DNA from: an uncultured Pseudomonadota bacterium
GTDB lineage: Bacteria > Oederibacteriota > Muellerivitia > Muellerivitales > Muellerivitaceae
Reading direction: 5' to 3'
DNA length: 64,000 bases
NCBI GenBank assembly: GCA_963836235.1
Contig: CAWIIP010000002.1
Location: forward strand, 704,001-768,000
A program made the position numbers and the translations under genes. The first letter of the stretch is position 1. Every line of letters starts with the position of its first letter. Below the pieces are notes generated by a model. It made no database searches and was not told the origin of the DNA. It worked only from the letters and a program-made list of their open reading frames with translations. Below are positions 10,441-20,866 of this stretch, one piece after another.

Positions 10441-11000
10441 GCGCCTTGATCCGCCACTTTGAAATTAATCTGAAATTGATGGATCTTATTTTTTCCTACT
10501 GTCGCCATTGAACTTTTCGGGTCCACCGTCACTTCTTTAAGCAAACCACTTGGTCTCTGTAAATTTGAAACGTAGTTTTGAATTTTTTCTTCCGCAAAAG
10601 AATATCCTTGAACAGAAAATTCATTCGCATCTTTTCCCGATCCCTGAATGATATTAGTTAACCAGATTCCTTCGGGCAAATTAAGAGCCATTTGATCGAG
10701 CGCAACAAGAATTTCTCTTTGTGTTTCGGAGATACTTTTGATAGTTTTCTTAAAGGCATCCACACTCGCCTGTTTATTCTCCAAATCCTTAACTTCGTTT
10801 ATTTTGTCTTGATAACCCTCTGATTCTTTTTCAACTTCCTCTATTTTTTTGTTTAAATTGCCAGCAACACTCAATCTTTGCGCATATATGTAAGCCATTA
10901 TCAAAATGGCAACCGCAAATACAGTCGCCACAGAAAAAATAATTAAAATTTCTTTTCGCTTTTTTCTCTCTTTTACAGGAACCAAATTAATGGTGATCAT
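10437..11000 (-). CDS. pilN: Type IV pilus assembly protein PilN
   Basis: N-terminal INLVP motif, TM, coiled coil, LPEGIWLT. Confidence 0.9.
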   Translation of the reverse strand: MITINLVPVKERKKRKEILIIFSVATVFAVAILIMAYIYAQRLSVAGNLNKKIEEVEKESEGYQDKINEVKDLENKQASVDAFKKTIKSISETQREILVALDQMALNLPEGIWLTNIIQGSGKDANEFSVQGYSFAEEKIQNYVSNLQRPSGLLKEVTVDPKSSMATVGKNKIHQFQINFKVADQGA

Positions 11001-11003
11001 TCT

Positions 11004-12107
11004 TTAAGATTCCACTTGGCGTAAAGCCAATCCCAAACAAACTCCCATGTGATATTCTTTTTCAGTTAGTTGTTCTAAATCAATACCCTTTTGAGACTCA
11101 ACATTTCGAAAAGTTGAAAAGTATTCAACAGGAATGCCCAATTTATTAGCCAAAAATCGATTGACATTTTTCAGCCTCGCACTTCCTCCCAAAAGAATCA
11201 CTCTTTCAACCGTTTTTTTACGCGCCTGAGTCTCATAGTAATCAAATGATCGGCGAATCTCCCCCAAAAGTTTGTTCAGTACCGGGGTTATAACATCGGA
11301 CATCCTTAAAACCCGGTCATCTTTTTGAGAAACAGAAGATAGATTAAAATCATCCTCTTCCATGGAAATAGCCCCATGGGATTTTTTCAATTCTTCTGCT
11401 TCAGAAAACTTCAGATTAAACTCTTTTTGAATTTCTTTCGTAAAATCATTCCCGGCCACAGGGATATCTCTGGTAAATCTGGTATTGTTACCTTCGAGAA
11501 TATTTATAGTCGTTAAAGAAGCTCCCATGTTAAGCAAGGCTACAGTTTCTTCACTTGGTTCCAAACGATTAATTTCAAAAGCATTTTGCAATGCAAAAGC
11601 GTCTATGTCTATTACTGCCGGGGTCAGACCAGCCGACTTAAGCATTAGGATATGTTGATCTACCACGTCAACTTTCGCCGCCACTAACAAGACGTCCAAT
11701 TTTCGTTGTCCATCTTCTTGTGTTTCACCCAAAATTTGAAAATCAAGCACAACTTGATCGATGTTTAGTGGAATATATTGCTCCGCCTCTTTGGAAATTG
11801 CACTCCGAAGTTCTTCGACCGTCATAAAAGGAAGTTTTACATAACGAATAATAACCGAATCACCAGAAAGTGACGTTACTACTCTTTTATTTTTTATTCC
11901 GCTTTCCTTATACACACGCTTTATAGTTTCAATGATTACAGAACGTTGGACCTCTGAGTTTTTAAGTTCCAATGACTCTTTGTTTGGCATCTCCGACATT
12001 CCAATAGCTACCAACTGCCATTGTTTTCCGGAAAATTTAAGCTGAACAATTTTAACGCTGGATGTTCCTACATCTAAACCCACAATTGTTTTTGAAAAAA
12101 GACTCAT
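11004..12107 (-). CDS. pilM: Type IV pilus assembly protein PilM
   Basis: Actin-like motifs GLDVGTSSVK, AEQYIP, IRRSFDYY, LLGGSA. Confidence 0.95.
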   Translation of the reverse strand: MSLFSKTIVGLDVGTSSVKIVQLKFSGKQWQLVAIGMSEMPNKESLELKNSEVQRSVIIETIKRVYKESGIKNKRVVTSLSGDSVIIRYVKLPFMTVEELRSAISKEAEQYIPLNIDQVVLDFQILGETQEDGQRKLDVLLVAAKVDVVDQHILMLKSAGLTPAVIDIDAFALQNAFEINRLEPSEETVALLNMGASLTTINILEGNNTRFTRDIPVAGNDFTKEIQKEFNLKFSEAEELKKSHGAISMEEDDFNLSSVSQKDDRVLRMSDVITPVLNKLLGEIRRSFDYYETQARKKTVERVILLGGSARLKNVNRFLANKLGIPVEYFSTFRNVESQKGIDLEQLTEKEYHMGVCLGLALRQVES

Positions 12108-12450
12108 GAAATCATTCTCACTGAGTTAATTTTGGATAAAAGTAAACGATCGAATTTTCTTTGGTCAAAAGGATCTAAAATTGGCGTTAATGATTTGATT
12201 ATCAAAGTTTCATCAAGGATATTTAAGAATAGAAATCCCGCAATCGAAATACTTGCAGTCTCGAAGAAAAAAAATTTGAGTGTTTTTAAATGACTTAATG
12301 GTTTTCTTGCCAAGAAGAAGCGAAAAAAAATTGGAATTCTATCTGTCCAACATAACAAAAACACATTCAAAAAATCATAAAGACAAAAAGCCATTGCAAT
12401 AGGAAGGAACAAAATTATCAGAGCGTAGATAAAATCACCCCAAAATTTTA

Positions 12451-12494
12451 TAAAAAAAATAAACAATGGGTGTAATAGCCACCCATTGTTTATT
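12451..12494 (-). terminator. Intrinsic terminator after the pilin gene
   Basis: 15-bp perfect inverted repeat AATAAACAATGGGTG / CACCCATTGTTTATT, followed by a U-tract on the minus strand. Confidence 0.8.
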
Positions 12495-12511
12495 AAGCTT
12501 TTAAATTTTAC

Positions 12512-12967
12512 TTATTCAAACCCATAGAATGAATAAGGAATGCTCTTGGAATCCTGCACAGTGCTGTTCACATACACACTTCCAAAATTACTGTCATACA
12601 ACCACCCAGTATTACTGTCTATTGGAACCCCACTCATAACCGTCATACTGACTAAAGCTCCAGCCGGGCTGGAAGCTCCAGCAACGAAGGCTCCTGTTAC
12701 CTTAACCGGAGAGATATTGTCCAAATAGCGACTGAACGCATACCCGCTAAACGACTGTAAAGTCGTCGGCCAAATCCCTTGTTGGTCCCCATAATAAATA
12801 GAAGCTGCTGATTTCAAGCTTCCCAAGTTACCTTTGGTCGCCCCTTCTCTCGATTTTTCCAACATTTGGGCAAATCGGGGAATAGCAATGGCAGCCAAAA
12901 TACCGATAATCGCGACAACGATCATCAGTTCAATCAATGTAAAACCTTTTGCTTTCAAACGAATCAT
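12512..12967 (-). CDS. Type IV pilin, probably the major pilin
   Basis: Class III signal KG|FTLIELMIVVAIIGILAAIAIP; own consensus promoter, GGGAGG RBS and terminator. Confidence 0.88.
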   Translation of the reverse strand: MIRLKAKGFTLIELMIVVAIIGILAAIAIPRFAQMLEKSREGATKGNLGSLKSAASIYYGDQQGIWPTTLQSFSGYAFSRYLDNISPVKVTGAFVAGASSPAGALVSMTVMSGVPIDSNTGWLYDSNFGSVYVNSTVQDSKSIPYSFYGFE

Positions 12968-13031
12968 AAAAACCTCCCTTTGAGTTGAGCTCAGTCTTAA
13001 ACTGCAAGACCCTTTGACTTAGCTCTTAGTC

Positions 13032-13060
13032 ATTTTATCGTTTTAAAAAGACCCTGTCAA
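13032..13060 (-). promoter_or_regulatory. Near-consensus sigma70 promoter of the pilin gene
   Basis: Minus strand TTGACA-17 nt-TAAAAT. Confidence 0.8.
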
Positions 13061-13079
13061 CTTATCCAAACTCAAAACC

Positions 13080-14297
13080 TCAACCAACAGCATTGCCAAT
13101 TTCAAACATTGGCATAAACATAGCCACAACAATAAAACCAATCGTTACACCTAAAAAAACAATCAAAATAGGCTCAATAATTGATGTCAAACCCTCAACA
13201 GCAGCATCAACTTCATCCTCGTAAAAATCGGCTATTTTGCTCAACATTGTGTCTAAAGCTCCGGTTTCTTCTCCAACATTGATCATTTGGGTTACCATTG
13301 GGGGAAAAACTTTACTTTCTTTCAACGGTTGCGTTAAGGTCTTACCTTCTCTGACAGAATCACGAGCATTTAATACGGCTTTTTCCAAAACAAGATTACC
13401 AGAGGTTTTAGCAACTGTTTCTAACGCATCCATGATAGGCACACCCGACTTGATTAGAGTTCCCAAGGTTCGGGCAAACTTTGCCACAGCAGCTTTTTGA
13501 ACCAAAACTCCAAAAACCGGAAGACTCAAAATCATTTTGTCCCAATTATAAGCTCCTACCTTAGTTTTGCGATACAAGGTTAAAGCAATCCAAGCCGCAA
13601 ATAAGAAGACAACAATAAGGAGCGATTTCTTACTCGCCAAAAAATCGCTGACATCAATAAGGAACTGGGTTGGAGCAGGTAACTTCGCTCCGAAAGACGC
13701 AAAAACATCACGAAAAGTAGGAACTACTTTTACCATGAGAAAAATAACAACTAAACAAGCCACCGACATAACAACTACAGGATACATCATTGCCGATTTC
13801 ACTTTTCTCGACACGCCTTCTGCTTTTTCTAAATACTCCGAAAGTCGCTCAAAAATCACATCTAAAATACCACCCTGTTCGCCAGCCTTGACCATATTGA
13901 CATAAAGTGTCGTAAAAACTTTAGGATATTTGGCCATCGCATCTGAAAGTGGTACACCATTGGAGATGTCGTCTCGGACTTTCGTCATAACTGCTCGAAA
14001 GTCTGGATTTTCCGCTTGCTCCGCCACGATCGTCAAGCCTTGGAGAATCGGCAACCCCGCGTTCACCATCGTAGAGAACTGGCGGCTAAAAATCACAACG
14101 TCTTTCGTCGTTACCTTCCCTCCTTTTTTATTCAGTGCGGCCCAAATTGAACCTAACCCACCCGCCTGGGAAGTCGAAACAAGCTCCAATCTCTTTTGTC
14201 GAAGTGCAGACGCTACACCAGCTTCGTTTTCAGCAATAATAGTTCCTTCTATAACTTTGCCCATATTATTTCGGGCCTTATATTTAAAGTTTGGCAT
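13080..14297 (-). CDS. pilC: Type IV pilus platform protein PilC (GspF family)
   Basis: FSRQFSTMVNAGLP, AGEQGG, AMMYP, VGEETGAL, EPILIV, MFMPMF. Confidence 0.95.
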   Translation of the reverse strand: MPNFKYKARNNMGKVIEGTIIAENEAGVASALRQKRLELVSTSQAGGLGSIWAALNKKGGKVTTKDVVIFSRQFSTMVNAGLPILQGLTIVAEQAENPDFRAVMTKVRDDISNGVPLSDAMAKYPKVFTTLYVNMVKAGEQGGILDVIFERLSEYLEKAEGVSRKVKSAMMYPVVVMSVACLVVIFLMVKVVPTFRDVFASFGAKLPAPTQFLIDVSDFLASKKSLLIVVFLFAAWIALTLYRKTKVGAYNWDKMILSLPVFGVLVQKAAVAKFARTLGTLIKSGVPIMDALETVAKTSGNLVLEKAVLNARDSVREGKTLTQPLKESKVFPPMVTQMINVGEETGALDTMLSKIADFYEDEVDAAVEGLTSIIEPILIVFLGVTIGFIVVAMFMPMFEIGNAVG

Positions 14298-14333
14298 TTT
14301 TAAGCCTTTCCAAGTCAAGGAACCCGAATGAAA

Positions 14334-15398
14334 TTAAATCACGCCTTTTACCATCCGTTGCAATTCTTTCGGATCCAATGTCCGGGAGAAAATTTCGTTA
14401 TAACTTACAAGTTGTTTTTGATAAAGCTCAAACAAAGATTGATTCATGGTCTGCATTCCATACTCAGTTCCCGTTTGCATGGACGAATAAATTTGGTGAA
14501 TTTTTTCCTCGCGAATGAGATTTCGAATTGCCGCAGTCGGGATGAGCACTTCCAATGCAAGGCACCGGCCGGATCCATAGGCCTTCGGTAATAGTTGCTG
14601 GGAGAGCACAGCTTGAAGGACAAAGGATATCTGTGCCCGAATCTGTTGTTGCTGGCCCGCGGGAAAAACATCAATGATACGGTTTATGGTTTGGATCGCA
14701 TCGACCGTATGCAATGTGGCGAAAACCAAGTGACCCGTTTCAGCGATAGTCAAAGCGGCATTCACGGTTTCCAAATCACGCATTTCACCAATGAGGATGA
14801 CATCCGGATCCTGACGCAAAGCATATTTTAGAGCAGATGTAAAAGTATGTGTATCCGTCCCAACCTCTCTTTGATTAACAATGCAGGATTTGTGAGTGTG
14901 CACATACTCAATGGGATCTTCTATAGTGATAATATGGTGTTGTTGATTTGTATTAATCCAATCCAGCATAGCCGCTAGGGTCGTTGATTTGCCTGACCCC
15001 GTTGGCCCCGTAACCAAAACTAATCCTTTCGGTAATTTCACGATGTCTAGCGCAATAGGAGGAAGTTTCAAGTCTTCGAATGTGCGAATGGATGTTGGAA
15101 TATTCCGTAAGGCCGCCGCTACCGCACCCCGTTGTTGATAAACATTCATACGAACACGGCCTACACCTTCAACCCCAAAAGAAACGTCAAGCTCGTTATC
15201 TTTCTCAAACTTCTCTTTTTGCTCATCCGTTAAAATGCTGTAAATAAGCTGCTGGGTTGTTTCTGGCCTTAGTTTTTCATATTCGGTTGCCGTCATAACG
15301 CCGTCAATCCGAAGCATTGGAGGGGCTCCAGCGGTGATATGAAGATCAGAAGCTCCTCTTTCAAACATAAGCCTTAAAAGCGTATCAATATTGACCAT
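14334..15398 (-). CDS. pilT: Pilus retraction ATPase PilT
   Basis: ASDLH, Walker A GPTGSGKSTT, EDPIE, LRQDPD, AETGHL, and the PilT-specific AIRNLIRE. Confidence 0.97.
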   Translation of the reverse strand: MVNIDTLLRLMFERGASDLHITAGAPPMLRIDGVMTATEYEKLRPETTQQLIYSILTDEQKEKFEKDNELDVSFGVEGVGRVRMNVYQQRGAVAAALRNIPTSIRTFEDLKLPPIALDIVKLPKGLVLVTGPTGSGKSTTLAAMLDWINTNQQHHIITIEDPIEYVHTHKSCIVNQREVGTDTHTFTSALKYALRQDPDVILIGEMRDLETVNAALTIAETGHLVFATLHTVDAIQTINRIIDVFPAGQQQQIRAQISFVLQAVLSQQLLPKAYGSGRCLALEVLIPTAAIRNLIREEKIHQIYSSMQTGTEYGMQTMNQSLFELYQKQLVSYNEIFSRTLDPKELQRMVKGVI

Positions 15399-15431
15399 GG
15401 GATATTTGTGTCTCCTTTACGAGATAATGCT

Positions 15432-17204
15432 TTATTCTTCGTTCGAATCAGCGTGAGCTACACGCAAGAGTTCTTCAACCGACGTCATTCCCTTTAAAAC
15501 TTTCTTCACGCCACATTCCCTAAGTGTCTGCATTCCCCCGGCTCTGGCAATTTTTTTAAGATCAGAAGCGGTTTTTCTTTGCAGAACGCCTTTTTTGAAA
15601 TCTTCGCTTAAAATCATGACTTCATGAATCGCCATACGCCCTTTGTAGCCCGTGTTAGAACAAGTGGCGCATCCCACTCCCCGATGCAAAGTCACCCTTT
15701 CACCCGCATTGGGATTAATTCCCATCTCTTCCAGAACTTCGTCGGGCGCCTCATAGGCTTCCTTACAATCTTTACAAATACGACGGAGTAAACGCTGAGC
15801 AACCACGCAGTGTACAGTGGAGGTAATAAGAAATGGCTCAACTCCCATGTTTCCCATGCGAGTAACTGCCCCTGGAGCGTCATTCGTATGCAGGGTTGAG
15901 AACACTAAGTGCCCCGTTAAAGCAGCGTTAATTGCAATTTCAGCCGTTTCCTTATCGCGAATTTCTCCAACCATGATCACATCCGGATCTTGGCGTAAGA
16001 AGGAGCGCAATCCTGCGGCAAAAGTTAACCCAATTCCCGCTTTGGCATTAACTTGGTTAATGCCTGGAAGGTTATATTCCACTGGATCCTCAATGGTAGA
16101 AATATTTGTATCAGGATTATTGATGTAGTGGAGTGCCGAATAGAGAGTTGTCGACTTACCGGAACCCGTTGGCCCGGTCACTAGAACTAACCCATAGGGC
16201 TCTACGATGGCCTTTTCAAATTTGGGCAAAATATCGTCTTCGAAACCAAGCTTCGGCAGATCCAAAGATAAGTTGGACGAATCCAAAATACGCATAACTA
16301 TCTTCTCACCAAATTGAACGGGGCAAATAGAAACACGAAGGTCGATTTCTTTTCCCAAAACCTTAATTTTAATACGTCCATCCTGTGGCAATCGCCGCTC
16401 CGCAATATCCAACGAGGACATGATCTTTAAACGGGAAGAAATAGCGGCGGACAATGACTTTGGAGGTGATTGAACCTCATGGAGGACGCCATCAATCCGA
16501 TAACGGCACCGAAGGCTTTTTTCATAAGGTTCAATATGGATATCACTGGCTCCCGCCCTTACGGCTTCCGTCAAAACAAGGTTGACCAATCGGACGACAG
16601 GTGCGTCTTCTCCAGCCGCCTCCAACTTAGAAATATCAATTTCCTCATTCTTTTCTTCCATAACTTCTAAGTTCTCGCCACCGCCCATGGAATTGATAAT
16701 TTCCTGCATATCGCCGCCGACTTCACCTCCACCACCGCCGCCACTTGAACCAGAACCACCCGCGGCAGCCCCATAATATTTGGCGTGCATGGCCTTAATT
16801 TCGGTTTCACTGGCAATCGCGGGTTCCACCTCAAAGCCTGTCATCATTTTGATGTCATCAATGGCAAAAACATTGAGCGGATCCGCCATGGCAACGGTAA
16901 GTTTCTTATCTTTTTTAACAATCGGGATCAAACAATGATTGAGGGCGATGGATTCGGGGACCGAGAAAACAACATCATTGGGAATATCCCCGATTTCGAT
17001 GAGGCTTACATGGGGAATACCAAGTTGGGTTCCCACAAAAGCCATAATCACGTCTTGGGTGACGTAACCCTGGCTAATAAGGATTTTTTCGAGACGCCCT
17101 CCCTTGATTTTCTGTTCGTGGAGCGCCTCTTGAAGCTGTTCTTCCGAGATAATCCCTTCATCCACCAACATTTCGCCCAGGCGTTTCTTCATGGATTCAG
17201 GCAT
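15432..17204 (-). CDS. pilB: Pilus extension ATPase PilB
   Basis: N-terminal MshEN-type motif, ASDIHIEP, GPTGSGKSTT, LRQDPD, and a tetracysteine Zn motif (CKDC, CATC). Confidence 0.96.
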   Translation of the reverse strand: MPESMKKRLGEMLVDEGIISEEQLQEALHEQKIKGGRLEKILISQGYVTQDVIMAFVGTQLGIPHVSLIEIGDIPNDVVFSVPESIALNHCLIPIVKKDKKLTVAMADPLNVFAIDDIKMMTGFEVEPAIASETEIKAMHAKYYGAAAGGSGSSGGGGGGEVGGDMQEIINSMGGGENLEVMEEKNEEIDISKLEAAGEDAPVVRLVNLVLTEAVRAGASDIHIEPYEKSLRCRYRIDGVLHEVQSPPKSLSAAISSRLKIMSSLDIAERRLPQDGRIKIKVLGKEIDLRVSICPVQFGEKIVMRILDSSNLSLDLPKLGFEDDILPKFEKAIVEPYGLVLVTGPTGSGKSTTLYSALHYINNPDTNISTIEDPVEYNLPGINQVNAKAGIGLTFAAGLRSFLRQDPDVIMVGEIRDKETAEIAINAALTGHLVFSTLHTNDAPGAVTRMGNMGVEPFLITSTVHCVVAQRLLRRICKDCKEAYEAPDEVLEEMGINPNAGERVTLHRGVGCATCSNTGYKGRMAIHEVMILSEDFKKGVLQRKTASDLKKIARAGGMQTLRECGVKKVLKGMTSVEELLRVAHADSNEE

Positions 17205-17312
17205 TGGAAACCTCGGATGGGTAGAAAATGGACCAGAACCAGCACCAAGAAAGAAGTATAGAATCGAAAAAAATCGAAGTCAACGTTTGTCACCGAAAGC
17301 CAGGTAAAATGG

Positions 17313-18191
17313 TTAATGGGATACCAAACGGTCCAGCAAAACCTTTCGCATCACCGGCAAGGGGGCCTTTTCTCCAGTCCAATACTCGAAGGAAAGGCCG
17401 CCTTGATGCAAAAGCATTCCTATCCCGCCCAAGTTTGACAACCGGCGACGGCGGGCTTCTTTCAAGAAAGCTGTCTCCCGATGATAAATAAGGTCCACTG
17501 CGAAGATTGTTTTTCGAGCGTCCTTAAGAGAAATGGGCGAAGGATCTCCCTCTTTTAACCCCATGGTCGTCGCTTGAACCACCCAGTCACAACGAACCAG
17601 AAGTCTTTCCCCTTCACTCGACGAAACGGAACCAATTCGAAGACGGGGATAGTTTTTTAAAAGCAATCGGACCAATTGTTCAGCCCTTTCCGGGGATCGG
17701 TTGGCGATATAAAGTTCCTTAACACCTGATCGAGCTAAAGCCCCCGCGACCGCTTTGGCCGCGCCCCCAGCACCTATCAACAGGCCCCTTGAACCTCTCA
17801 GCTTTTTTCGCCAAACACCCAAGGATCTTAAAAAACCCTCGCCATCCGTAGAAGTTCCAAAAATTTTTTTCTCCCTGCGATAAATTGTGTTTACCGATCC
17901 TAACCATTGAGCATCTTTTTCCACATGGTCAAGGTAAGGAATGACTGTTTCTTTATAGGGAATGGTAACATTGGCGCCATAAACATTAGGAGAACGGAGG
18001 GCATCTACTCCTTTTTCTAATTCACTGAAAGGAATCTCCAAAGGCGCGTAAGTCCAAGGTAGCTCCATCGTCCAAAAGGCTGCGTTATGCATGGAAGGAG
18101 AAAGAGTGTGTCCTAAGGGATGACCAAGAATAAAAACTAAATGATCGGCACTCTGTAGATTGGGGTCTCGTATTGGTTTAAAAAATTTCAT
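17313..18191 (-). CDS. aroE: Shikimate dehydrogenase
   Basis: HTLSPSMHN, NVTIPYKE, SVNT, TDGEG, GAGGAA. Confidence 0.93.
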   Translation of the reverse strand: MKFFKPIRDPNLQSADHLVFILGHPLGHTLSPSMHNAAFWTMELPWTYAPLEIPFSELEKGVDALRSPNVYGANVTIPYKETVIPYLDHVEKDAQWLGSVNTIYRREKKIFGTSTDGEGFLRSLGVWRKKLRGSRGLLIGAGGAAKAVAGALARSGVKELYIANRSPERAEQLVRLLLKNYPRLRIGSVSSSEGERLLVRCDWVVQATTMGLKEGDPSPISLKDARKTIFAVDLIYHRETAFLKEARRRRLSNLGGIGMLLHQGGLSFEYWTGEKAPLPVMRKVLLDRLVSH

Positions 18192-18953
18192 TTAGATAGA
18201 GCCATCCGGTGTTGAACCATAAAAAAATTGAACCATGGAAACAATAACGATGCCTGCGGTTTCAGTCCTAAGAATAGGGGTCGGTAAATGGACTGGAGCC
18301 GCCCCTCTTTCCTCGGCTTCAAACACTTCTTCCGTAGTCCAGCCTCCTTCAGGCCCTATTAACACCAAAATTTTCTTCGAAGAGGAATTTGATTCTAACA
18401 TCGTTTTTAAGGTGGGCGCCTCTTTTTCATAAGGCAGTAAAACCTGGTCAAATTCGCCAAACAAATTCAAAGCTTGTTCCCAATTCAAAACCGGATCTAA
18501 TTGAGGTACTTCATTTCGTCCACATTGACGGCTAGCTTCTACTAAAATTTTTTTCCACCGGTCACCTTTGTGGTCGTACTGGGAGACATCCGGACGGGAG
18601 ATGCTTCTCTGGGTTACAAAAGGAATAAAACGGTGGACACCCGCTTCGGTAGCTTGCCGAAGGATTAAATCCATTTTTGCGGCCTTGGGCAAGCTTTGTC
18701 CTAATGCGAGAAAGATATTTTTATCATCCGGGTTTTTCTTATGACGAATTAAGACGGATACCATGCTTTGCCTGGCATCCGCTTTTTTCAACGCCAATTC
18801 ATACTGTTGGCCCTGGGAATCGAACCCCTTAAAAGTTGAACCTTCGGTCAACCGGAGTACCTTGACCAAATATCGTGAAGCGGATTCATCCAAAGTAATT
18901 TCCTGTTGGTTTTCGGGGACCGAGGACAAGAAAAGCCTTGGGATAAAGCTCAT
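18192..18953 (-). CDS. rsmE: 16S rRNA m3U1498 methyltransferase
   Basis: KVLRL, EASRQCGR, IGPEGG, ILRTETA. Confidence 0.95.
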   Translation of the reverse strand: MSFIPRLFLSSVPENQQEITLDESASRYLVKVLRLTEGSTFKGFDSQGQQYELALKKADARQSMVSVLIRHKKNPDDKNIFLALGQSLPKAAKMDLILRQATEAGVHRFIPFVTQRSISRPDVSQYDHKGDRWKKILVEASRQCGRNEVPQLDPVLNWEQALNLFGEFDQVLLPYEKEAPTLKTMLESNSSSKKILVLIGPEGGWTTEEVFEAEERGAAPVHLPTPILRTETAGIVIVSMVQFFYGSTPDGSI

Positions 18954-18998
18954 GGCTTCACGCCTTTTTTCATATTCGAAAATTCAATCTTATCCGAA

Positions 18999-20159
18999 CT
19001 ACTTTTTCCGGGCAAAAAGGTTTTTCATCCTGCCCATAAATTTTGAAATTTGGGGGGTATTGTTTTCGTTCGAAATAACTTCAAATTCTTCGAGCAATTT
19101 TTTTTGTTTGGAATTCAGGTCCGTTGGCGTTTCAACGGTCACTACCACCAATAAGTCGCCAACGTCCGAGCTTTGCGGACTTTTGAGGCCCTTCTCTTTT
19201 AAACGAAAAACCTTTCCCGTTTGGGTACCCGCCGGAATCTTCATCTTAACCGGGCCTTCCAGCGTGGGCACCTCGATTTCGGTTCCCAGCGAAGCCTGAA
19301 CAAAAGAGATGGGAATTTCACAATGCAGGTCGTTTCCTTCCCGTTCAAAAAAATCATGGGCTTCCACGTGCAGAAAAACATAAAGGTCTCCCCCTGCGCC
19401 CCCATTCAACCCCGCTTCACCTTCACCCCTCAAGCGCAACCGGGAACCTTCGTCCACTCCGGCGGGGACCTTAACGGAAATGACCTTTTCTTTTTCCACC
19501 CGGCCATGTCCATGGCAAGTGGGGCAGGGGCTGCCCGGCATTTCACCTTGGCCGCCGCAACGGGTACAGGTTCGGGCGATGGTGAAAAAACCTTGGGTGG
19601 ACCGGATCTGGCCAACCCCTTTGCACGTGGGACAAACCACCCTTCCCGAACCGGGCTTCGCCCCCGAACCATGACAGGACTCGCAGGTGGATAATTTTTG
19701 AACTTTGATTTCCTTGGTTGTTCCGAAGGCCGCTTCCTCAAAAGTGAGGTTTAAGTCAAATCGAAGATCGTCACCTTCCTGGGCTTGTGTCCGGCCACGC
19801 CCTCCCCGACCCGGCTGGCCGCCACCGAAGAAATTACTGAAAACGTCGCCGAAAATGTCTTCAAAGTCGGCGGCATTCCCAAAATCCTGGGGTCGGAATC
19901 CCCCACCCCCGAATCCTCCGGGCCCACCCGCCCCCACTCCCGCATGGCCAAATTGGTCATAGGCCGCTTTCTTTTGGGAATCGGACAAGACCTCATAGGC
20001 CTCGTTGATTTCCTTAAACTTTTCCTCGGATTCTTTATTGTTGGGATTGGCGTCCGGATGGTACTTTTTGGCCATGTTTCGATAGGCCTTTTTCAGGTCC
20101 TCTGCCGATGCCGTTTTGGACACGCCCAGTAAGTCGTAATAATCTTTTTTGTTAGCCAT
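18999..20159 (-). CDS. dnaJ: Chaperone DnaJ
   Basis: J-domain with HPD, G/F-rich linker, four CxxCxGxG repeats. Confidence 0.98.
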   Translation of the reverse strand: MANKKDYYDLLGVSKTASAEDLKKAYRNMAKKYHPDANPNNKESEEKFKEINEAYEVLSDSQKKAAYDQFGHAGVGAGGPGGFGGGGFRPQDFGNAADFEDIFGDVFSNFFGGGQPGRGGRGRTQAQEGDDLRFDLNLTFEEAAFGTTKEIKVQKLSTCESCHGSGAKPGSGRVVCPTCKGVGQIRSTQGFFTIARTCTRCGGQGEMPGSPCPTCHGHGRVEKEKVISVKVPAGVDEGSRLRLRGEGEAGLNGGAGGDLYVFLHVEAHDFFEREGNDLHCEIPISFVQASLGTEIEVPTLEGPVKMKIPAGTQTGKVFRLKEKGLKSPQSSDVGDLLVVVTVETPTDLNSKQKKLLEEFEVISNENNTPQISKFMGRMKNLFARKK

Positions 20160-20463
20160 GTTTTCTTTCATTAGGACTAGCCTTTGGTTTGATTGAAAAA
20201 TTTAAGGCCGGCCCGGCAAGGTTTCAATCGGTCGCGACTCGGTTATAACTGATCCAATCCTGAAAGGTTTCTCTGAAACCTCTTTCGACTCCCTCAAACT
20301 ACCATTCTGTTAAAGTCCCGTAAAGACCCCATTTACGCCCAAAAAAATCAAAAATGGTCTTGCGAAAGAAAGCTTCTCTCTTCTAAACTAACCAAGTTTT
20401 TCCTGCATCAGAAGGCGCAAACTCCTCCCGAGAATGGGAGAGTGAATATCGAAGGAGGAAGTC

Positions 20464-20781
20464 ATGCCGTATGTCATTACTGAGAAGTGCTTAGGTGAAG
20501 TTTACGCGCAATGCGTCGATGTATGTCCCGTGAATTGCATTCATCCCGGGGATTACAAGGGCCAGCCTTTCATGATCATCAATCCCGAGGAGTGCACCGA
20601 ATGCACCAGTTGCTATTCGGCCTGCCCTATCGGCGCCATCGTGGAAGACGCGAGCAAGGATCCTGAATATGCCAAGATCAATGCCGAATTGGCTCCCACC
20701 TTTAAGAATAATGCCCCAGTGGCTACCCGCCCGGCTAATGACCCGCCGAAGCGCCCAGATGCGAACAAGCTGGTCAACTAA
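20464..20781 (+). CDS. Ferredoxin (7Fe/dicluster type)
   Basis: PYVITEKC...CVDVCPVNCI and ECTECTSCYSACP; AAGGAGG RBS. Confidence 0.9.
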   Translation: MPYVITEKCLGEVYAQCVDVCPVNCIHPGDYKGQPFMIINPEECTECTSCYSACPIGAIVEDASKDPEYAKINAELAPTFKNNAPVATRPANDPPKRPDANKLVN

Positions 20782-20793
20782 GTTTTTAGAAAC

Positions 20794-20830
20794 AAAAAGG
20801 CTGCTTCCTCTAAAGGGAGCAGCCTTTTTT
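20794..20830 (+). terminator. Bidirectional intrinsic terminator
   Basis: AAAAAGGCTGCTTCC-TCTAAA-GGGAGCAGCCTTTTTT between convergent genes. Confidence 0.85.
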
Positions 20831-20866
20831 ATTGCCTAAATCCTACCTAACGTTTTTTTTGATAAA

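Noticed and set aside
12104-12466. 120-aa Phe/Ile-rich ORF between pilin and pilM
   Set aside because: It starts inside the terminator hairpin, its composition reflects T-runs, and it has no family motif; probably spurious or decayed.
20410-20450. Possible c-di-GMP-I riboswitch before the ferredoxin (GCAAAC...hairpin)
   Set aside because: Only one hairpin is present; there is no GNRA loop/receptor or second stem.
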